NCBI GenBank assembly: GCA_050331235.1
Contig: JBHJHA010000030.1
Location: 1 to 35,168, forward strand
Length of the DNA stretch: 35,168 nt
From: Leptolyngbyaceae cyanobacterium
GTDB taxonomy: Bacteria; Cyanobacteriota; Cyanobacteriia; Phormidesmidales; Phormidesmidaceae
Reading direction: 5' to 3'
Position 1 is the stretch's first letter. The number at the start of each line of letters is the position of its first letter. The translations under genes were made by a program, and so were the position numbers. Positions 28,786-35,168 of this stretch are shown in pieces. The notes under the pieces were generated by a model, which had not been told where the DNA came from, did not search any database, and saw nothing but the letters and a program-made list of their open reading frames with translations.

Positions 28786-30070
28786 ATGAACTCTCTCGGA
28801 CGTCATATTCTTGTTGAGTTTCACGGCTGCTCGAGTGAAATTTTGAACGATGTCCCCCGCATCGAGTCCAGCATGTTAAAGGCGGCGAAGGAGGCCGGAG
28901 CCACCATCATTAGCTCTGTCTTCCATCATTTCTCACCATTTGGTGTTTCAGGTGTCGTCGTTATCCAAGAGAGTCACTTAGCGATTCATACTTGGCCGGA
29001 ATATCGATATGCCGCCGTCGATCTGTTTACCTGTGGGTATTCGGTTAACCCGTGGACTTCTTACGAGATTCTCAAATCAGAGTTTGAGGCTCACCATGGT
29101 TCCGCTGTTGAAATTAATCGCGGCCAGCTAGATTTGCTGGAGCGCTCTGATATTGACCTCGGGGAATTGCGCGATGCCGCCACGCAGAAGCTCACAACGC
29201 CACGCTTTAGCCGTAGCGTTTGGTTCACTGACCGCAACGAAAATATTGCCCTGTCGATTCGCCATAAAGGCGATCGCATCTTCCATGAGCAGTCCCCCTT
29301 TCAGACGGTTGAGATTTTTGACACCTTTGAATACGGCAAGATGCTCACCGTCGACAAAATGGTGATGTGCTCCGAAAAGGATGAAAAGGCTTATCACGAA
29401 ATGATCATCCATGTGCCGATGTTGGTACAGCCACCAATCAAAAACGTCTTGGTCATCGGGGGGGGGGGTTGGCGGTAGCGTCCGCGAAATTATTAAGCAT
29501 GATTCGGTCGAGTCAGACACCATGGTCGAAATCGACGAAGCCGTGGTCAGGGCCTCTCGCGAATATTTGCCAACCTTGTCATCGGCCCTAGATGATCCAA
29601 AACTCAATCTCATCATTGATGACGGCATTGAGTTTGTCCGACGGGCACCGGCAGATGCCTATGATTTCATCGTGGTTGATTCCTCCGATCCAGTCGGACC
29701 GTCTGAGGGACTGTTTAGCCATTCGTTTTATCGAGACATTTATCGATGTTTGCGCCCCTCTGGCATCATGACCGCCCAGAGCGAGTCGCCGCGATTTAAC
29801 CAGCGCGCCTTTGTGGATTTGAACCGCTGCCTCAAAGATATTTTTGGCCCTCCCTCTGTCCACTGCTATCTCGCCTTTATTCCGACTTACCCTACCGGCA
29901 TGTGGGGCTTCTCTTTCTGCGCTAAGGGGCAAGTCCATCCAGTGCAGGATCTACCGCGCGATCGCGCAGCCCAATTTGCCGACGCCCATCAATTGCAGTA
30001 CTACAATGCCGGCATTCACCAAGCCGCATTTTGCCTGCCCACCTTCATTCAAACCTTGCTCAATGAGTAG
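28786..30070 (+). CDS. speD-speE: SAM decarboxylase-spermidine synthase fusion (SpeD-SpeE) with a frameshift at the G11 tract 29458-29468
   Basis: [33 protein letters not shown] and DLFTCG (SpeD, ESH processing site) run in frame into SPFQ, YHEMIIH and VLVIGGG (SpeE). The rest ([20 protein letters not shown]) continues in another frame. Confidence 0.88.
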
Positions 30071-31133
30071 CCGCACCGACATCATCCGCAATTTTGATCC
30101 CAGTGGTGTCGGCCTGGAAAATGGCAACTTTTGTGGCTTGCCGTTTGATTGGGACACCGCCAATGTCATCCTCCTCGGGGTGCCGTGGGAAGTCACCGTG
30201 TCCTACCACGCGGGTACGGCAGCAGGGCCTGCCGCCATGCTCAAAGCCTCCCCGCAACTGGATCTGTACGATCTGGACTTTCCCGATGGTTGGCAACAGG
30301 GCATCTACATGCGCCCGCCCCCTGAGTGGATTCTTGAGTTGAATGATCAGCTGCGTCCCCTCGCCGCCCAAATTATCACCGCCACTGAAAGCGGAGTTGA
30401 TTTGACCGCCGACCTGCAGTTGTCGGCGCAACTGACCCAGATCAACCAAGCCTGTGAGCGGGTCAACCAGTGGCTTTACAACAGCGCCACGGCGGCCCTT
30501 GCGGCGGGCAAGTGGGTCGGGACCATCGGGGGTGATCACAGCATCCCCCTAGGACTAATCCGCGGGTTGGCGACCATTCACGAAAAGTTTGGCATTCTCC
30601 ACATTGATGCCCACGCAGATCTGCGCCAAGCTTACCAGGGCTTCCCTTATTCCCACGCTTCGATTATGCATCGGGTGCTGGACATTCCCCAGATGGTCAG
30701 ACTGGTACAGGTTGGGATTCGCGATATCTCCCATGGTGAAGTAGCCACGATTCAGCAATCCCAAGGCCGCATCCAAGCCCATTACGATGCCCAACTGAAG
30801 GCGCAACGATTTGAAGGCGCTTCGTGGAAACAGCTCTGTCAACAAATCATCGAGCCTTTACCTGACAAGGTTTACATCAGTTTTGATGTGGATGGTCTGG
30901 ACCCCAAGCTGTGTCCCCATACGGGCACTCCAGTCCCAGGGGGATTGGAACTCGATGAAGCTTTTTATCTGATTCGAGAAATTGTCAATAGCGATCGCCA
31001 ACTAATTGGCTTTGATGTGTCTGAAGTGGGCGATCGCGATTGGGATGGCAACGTTGCTGCCCGCATTGTTTACAAGCTCTGCAATTTGATGGGGCGTTCC
31101 CACCACCGCCATCGGCAACAGCCCAGACAATAA
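30063..31133 (+). CDS. speB: Agmatinase / ureohydrolase
   Basis: GGDHS, HIDAHADLR, SHAS and SFDVDGLDP....TGTPVPGG; ATG overlaps the end of speE. Confidence 0.9.
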   Translation: MSSRTDIIRNFDPSGVGLENGNFCGLPFDWDTANVILLGVPWEVTVSYHAGTAAGPAAMLKASPQLDLYDLDFPDGWQQGIYMRPPPEWILELNDQLRPLAAQIITATESGVDLTADLQLSAQLTQINQACERVNQWLYNSATAALAAGKWVGTIGGDHSIPLGLIRGLATIHEKFGILHIDAHADLRQAYQGFPYSHASIMHRVLDIPQMVRLVQVGIRDISHGEVATIQQSQGRIQAHYDAQLKAQRFEGASWKQLCQQIIEPLPDKVYISFDVDGLDPKLCPHTGTPVPGGLELDEAFYLIREIVNSDRQLIGFDVSEVGDRDWDGNVAARIVYKLCNLMGRSHHRHRQQPRQ

Positions 31134-32417
31134 TTAGAACCTTTCCGATTCGACCCTTATCCTTTGCGCTGACTGTGATGGCGCTTCAGCATTGGATTGA
31201 TGGGCATTCGATTTAGACAGCTCCCGGGGAATCTGTAGCCGAAACGTTGATCCTTGACCGAGCTCGCTGTCTACTGTGATCAATCCATCCATCATCGTGA
31301 CTAGCGAGTGGGAAATGGCTAACCCTAAACCAGTTCCCCCATACTTCCGCTGAATCGTTTGATCGCCCTGCCGAAAGGGCTGAAAAATCGTTGCTTGCTG
31401 TGCTTGACTGATCCCGATGCCAGTATCTTTCACCACAATTTCAATACTATTCTTGGCGACTGTAGAAACTGCCAGGGAGACAAATCCCGTATCCGTAAAC
31501 TTGATGGCATTCGACAGCAAGTTCAACAGTATCTGCTTCAACCTTTGGCGATCGCTGTACACGATATTGCTGTGAAGGCAGACTGAAGAACGGATTTCAA
31601 GATTTTTCTCATCGGCTAAGAACTGTAGCTCTACCAAAAGCTCTTTTATCAAAACAGCTAAATCAAAAAAATGTGGCGATAGCTCTAAGCGATTGGCGTC
31701 TAGGGTTGACATATCCAGAATGTCGTTGACCAGATCCAGCAAATTTTCACCGTTGGTATACACGCAGTTGACCATCTTTAACTGATAGTCGTTGAGTGAT
31801 CCTTTAGTTTGATTTTTGAGGATCTGTGAGAATCCCATGATTGAGTTTAGAGGAGTTCTCAGTTCATGACTCACCGTCGCCAAAAATTCAGACTTGTAAT
31901 GATTAGCTTCCTGAAGCCGGATATTCTGCCGCTCAATCTGCTTTCGCTGGCTTTCAAGCTCTTCGTTTTGCTGCTTGAGCAGATGGTTAGTTTGTCTCAA
32001 TTGCTCCTGTGCGGCTCTGACTCGCTGTTCTGCTCGATAAGCATTCATCGCATGGCGAATCAGCCGATTTAAACTATCGGGTGAGAGCTTCGACTTGGCT
32101 AAATAGTCCGATGCACCCGCTTTCATCAACTCTACTGCCGTTTGCTCGTCACCTTGACCGGTCAGGACGATAATAGGCAATGTATTTCCAGACAGGCGTA
32201 ACTCTTTGACCAAAGTCAGACCATCTGTATCTGGTAGCCGAAAGTCAAGAAAGACACAGTCGAAGCTCTCACGTGACAGATAACTCTTAGCCTGATAGGC
32301 AGTTCCAACTTCAACGATGTTGACTTGAAAAATAGTTTTAGAAAGATGACGGCAAATTGCCATCCGGTCCACAAGATCATCGTCGATAACTAAAATATTT
32401 AAGCCTCTATTTCTCAT
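31134..32417 (-). CDS. Hybrid receiver-histidine kinase (REC-HisKA-HATPase, no sensor domain)
   Basis: ILVIDDD, FLDFRLPDTDG, KSEFLATVSHELRTPL, NLLSNAIKFT, DTGIGI and GGTGLGL. Confidence 0.93.
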   Translation of the reverse strand: MRNRGLNILVIDDDLVDRMAICRHLSKTIFQVNIVEVGTAYQAKSYLSRESFDCVFLDFRLPDTDGLTLVKELRLSGNTLPIIVLTGQGDEQTAVELMKAGASDYLAKSKLSPDSLNRLIRHAMNAYRAEQRVRAAQEQLRQTNHLLKQQNEELESQRKQIERQNIRLQEANHYKSEFLATVSHELRTPLNSIMGFSQILKNQTKGSLNDYQLKMVNCVYTNGENLLDLVNDILDMSTLDANRLELSPHFFDLAVLIKELLVELQFLADEKNLEIRSSVCLHSNIVYSDRQRLKQILLNLLSNAIKFTDTGFVSLAVSTVAKNSIEIVVKDTGIGISQAQQATIFQPFRQGDQTIQRKYGGTGLGLAISHSLVTMMDGLITVDSELGQGSTFRLQIPRELSKSNAHQSNAEAPSQSAQRIRVESERF

Positions 32418-33373
32418 CGCCTTTAGCGAGCTGGATAAATGTTTAAAAAATTAAGTTTTGCAGGGAAAATCATGCGGCAGACAGATGGTTGATTGACTAT
32501 CAAGTTTGTCTGCCTGACAAAAAGATGTCTAAAGATTAAAAGGGAATCTCAGCTATAGCAAACGGCTTTGGACTTTATGAACGCTTTTTTATGAACGCTT
32601 TGCTGTTGCCTCAGCTTTTGACTTTTCTAAAAGCAGGTACTTCTTATGAACCTAGCATTAACATACATGACTATACTGGCTGCAATCTCGACGGCTCAAC
32701 CTGAGCCATGACTGCTTCACTCGTACTTTTTGGTCAGACCTCACTATGTCTCATTACCCTTAATTTTATTGAAGGATTTTCGGTGCGTCTTCGTTCTTAG
32801 GGAAGAGCTCGTTTATCGTATTGCCGATGACACTTGTAGATGAAAATAAGGCCTGAGTAATACAAGCGATTCACCAGAGGCTGGGAGCTTTCACCTGACA
32901 TCAAATTTCCTTGTCAGATTGTGCGCCGATATTTCCTGTCTTGTTTTTCATCTGCTGCACCGAGATACTGCCCAGGCGCTTGTCCTAATAACTCACTCCG
33001 CTGAGCTTGGTTGCAGCCTGGTTTATACATTATTGGCTGAGAGATTGGCTGAGAGCCCCGAACTTGTCAGCGATTCTCAGTTCATTCCCCATGACCAACG
33101 CTGTTAATTGACGGCTCCAAGGCAAGAGGATCTGTTGGTGATTTTTTCGCGGCACAATTTAATTTGATATTTTTTGAGGGTGTCGTGAACCATTGACAAT
33201 CCCTCCAGAGGATGGAGCTGCGGTTTTGCAGCCTCTACCCACAGATGTATGCGAAATTGCCTCAATTGATGAATAGTATGGTTACTCTAACAACCCAATG
33301 TCTTGTAGGCTGGTCATCGTTTTTAGTGCTGGCGACCGAGCATTGATCTGGAATTCATCCTGGGAAAATCACA

Positions 33374-34090
33374 ATGTCTGCTATTCGGATTGTCTTAGTC
33401 GAGGACCATAACCTGACGCGCATGGGGATCAAGGTCGCATTTAGCGAACAACCCGAGATGGAGCTCGTCGGAGAAGCGTCTAGCGGACAAGTCGGCCTTT
33501 CACTGATGAGCACCCATCAGCCTGATGTTGCCGTTGTGGATATTGGTCTGCCCGACATCGACGGGATTGAAGTTGTCAGGCGGTTTCGAGAGCAGCAGCT
33601 AGAGCATGATGGGGCGAGACAGACGAAGGTTTTGATGCTGACGATGCATGATAGTGAAGATGCGGTCATGGCAGCATTTGCGGCTGGCGCTGACTCCTAC
33701 TGTATGAAGCAAACTGAGCTGACTGAGTTGATGATTGCAGTGAGGGAAACTCATCTGGGTAATTCCTGGATTGACCCGGCGATCGCTAATATTGTGCTGC
33801 GTCAAATGCGTCAAAGCCCGGTTGCTGTCGGTGGGGTAGAGCCCACCGTTTCGATTAATGCCTTGGAGCCTGAATACACTCAAGTAATAGAAAGTTATCC
33901 CCTCACTGAACGGGAGCTGGAAATTTTAGAGCTTATCGTGCGCGGCTGTAGCAATGCTGAAATTGCTGAGCAGTCATATATTACGGTTGGCACGGTCAAG
34001 ACCCACGTTCGGAATATTCTCAACAAGTTGGGGGTGGACGATCGCACCAAAGCAGCTGTTCGAGCTTTGAGGGCTGGACTGGTCAGCTAG
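33374..34090 (+). CDS. NarL/LuxR family response regulator
   Basis: IVLVEDH, VDIGLPDIDG, LTERELEIL and TVKTHVRNILNKL.VDDRT.AAV.ALRAGL. Confidence 0.95.
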   Translation: MSAIRIVLVEDHNLTRMGIKVAFSEQPEMELVGEASSGQVGLSLMSTHQPDVAVVDIGLPDIDGIEVVRRFREQQLEHDGARQTKVLMLTMHDSEDAVMAAFAAGADSYCMKQTELTELMIAVRETHLGNSWIDPAIANIVLRQMRQSPVAVGGVEPTVSINALEPEYTQVIESYPLTERELEILELIVRGCSNAEIAEQSYITVGTVKTHVRNILNKLGVDDRTKAAVRALRAGLVS

Positions 34091-34154
34091 TCAAGGCTCT
34101 TTCTGGCTTTGGGCGTGGCTGCACTATCTCTCGCGATCGAGCGCTGTACCGCGT

Positions 34155-35168
34155 CTAGAGAGAGGCGTGATCAGTTCCTAGCAGCTCAATAATCGTCTGT
34201 AGCAGTACATTAATATCGACCGGCTTGGCAACGTGGCGCTGAAAACCGTGGGCCAGGGTTTTTTGTTGATCTTCGGTGCGGGTGTAGGCCGTAAGCGCGA
34301 TCGCCGGAACTTGCCCACCGCTACTTTTTGACAGCGATCGCACCTGTTTGATCAGGCTGTAGCCGTCAAAGGTTGGCATGCCGAGGTCGCTAATCAAAAT
34401 GTGGGGCTTAAACTCCAATAGCTGGGTCAACGCCGCTTTCGCCGAATCGGTTACACAGATCTCTGCCTCATATTCACTGAGCAACGTCTGCAACAGCATT
34501 CGGCAGTCGGGGTCATCATCAACCGCCAGAATGCGCACCCCAGCTAGGCTGGCGACCGGCTTAGCTGCGATCGCGTCTTCCTCCAGTGCTTGAGACTGTG
34601 TTGCCAACGGCAGCATCACCGTAAAGGTGGCGCCCTGGTTAATTCCGGCACTGTCAGCCACCACCGTACCGCCATGGGCCTCAGTCAGATAGCGCACAAT
34701 CGCTAACCCTACACCTAAACCACCATGCTGGCGGGTAATGGAAATATCTTCCTGACGGAAGGACTCAAAAATATGGGGTAGAAAACTTTTTTGAATGCCT
34801 TTACCCGTATCCGCAATTACAATTTGCGCGTGGCGGTCGGTTTGCGTTAGCTGCGCAGTCACCTGCCCATTTACCGGGGTGAACTTGATGGCATTGGAGA
34901 GTAAATTCCAAACAATCTGCTGCAGGCGACCCGCATCTCCTAGCATTAAATCGACTGGTTGAAAATCCGACTTAATGACGATGGACTTGGCGGCTGCCGC
35001 TGTTTTGACCGTTTCGATAGCGGCTGTTATCACAGCGCTCAAGTTAACTGGAGCGTAGCCCAGTTCTAGCTTCAACCGGAGAAACTTCGACACATCTAGC
35101 AAATCAAAAACAAGCTGGGACTCAAGCTTGGCATTGCGCTCAATCAATTCTAATGCCTGCAAACTCTT
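34155..35168 (-). CDS. Hybrid histidine kinase with C-terminal receiver (5' part outside window)
   Basis: RLQQIVWNLLSNAIKFTP, DTGKGI, GGLGVGL, ILAVDDD, SDLGMP..DGY and HVAKP. Confidence 0.92.
   Translation of the reverse strand, partial: KSLQALELIERNAKLESQLVFDLLDVSKFLRLKLELGYAPVNLSAVITAAIETVKTAAAAKSIVIKSDFQPVDLMLGDAGRLQQIVWNLLSNAIKFTPVNGQVTAQLTQTDRHAQIVIADTGKGIQKSFLPHIFESFRQEDISITRQHGGLGVGLAIVRYLTEAHGGTVVADSAGINQGATFTVMLPLATQSQALEEDAIAAKPVASLAGVRILAVDDDPDCRMLLQTLLSEYEAEICVTDSAKAALTQLLEFKPHILISDLGMPTFDGYSLIKQVRSLSKSSGGQVPAIALTAYTRTEDQQKTLAHGFQRHVAKPVDINVLLQTIIELLGTDHASL

Larger units (their letters stand above)
478..34575. repeat. HIP1 octamer GCGATCGC, highly iterated
   Basis: Roughly 50 copies counted by eye across the window; none seen inside the IS256 or in about 31560-33770. 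Confidence 0.9.

Noticed and set aside
29844..30062. 73-aa N-terminal extension of the agmatinase ORF
   Set aside because: It overlaps speE in another frame; ATG 30063 gives a normal-length, coupled gene.
1..35168. CRISPR array, tRNA/rRNA, prophage or defence genes; many short antisense ORFs
   Set aside because: No repeat-spacer array or RNA gene signature was seen; the short ORFs are shadows of the real genes.

Overview
A ~35 kb piece of a cyanobacterial chromosome. The evidence is the dense HIP1 octamer GCGATCGC and the NDH-1 CO2-uptake genes; the lineage is probably Leptolyngbya-like (inference). In order it carries: ndhD4 (partial) and cupB converging on bicA; DUF427; acyl-ACP synthetase and YlqD; a PG-binding/HEAT membrane protein; a GT4; a HIT-type (HxHxQ) protein resembling eukaryotic GDP-L-galactose/GDP-glucose phosphorylases; a complete IS256 with inverted repeats and a 7-bp target duplication; a nickase-N-terminal-like protein; a VHL-beta-domain protein; a Tat-signal aldo/keto reductase; an XRE-HTH/Clp-N fusion with two palindromic operators; wza; an ABC permease; aroC; two GT2s; a NAGPA-like protein; alr0857; SPFH; TMEM14; a triple-frameshifted flavin amine oxidase divergent from a speD-speE fusion plus agmatinase; and a two-component cluster. 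The most notable observations are a 24-bp double-hairpin element inserted in frame in the IS256 transposase, the VTC2/GDPGP1-like enzyme, a nested-stem leader before alr0857, the polyamine locus, and five perfect 12-17 bp tandem duplications. All family calls come from motif recognition by eye; no searches were run. The first ~80 bp and the poly-G at 29458 may contain sequencing errors.
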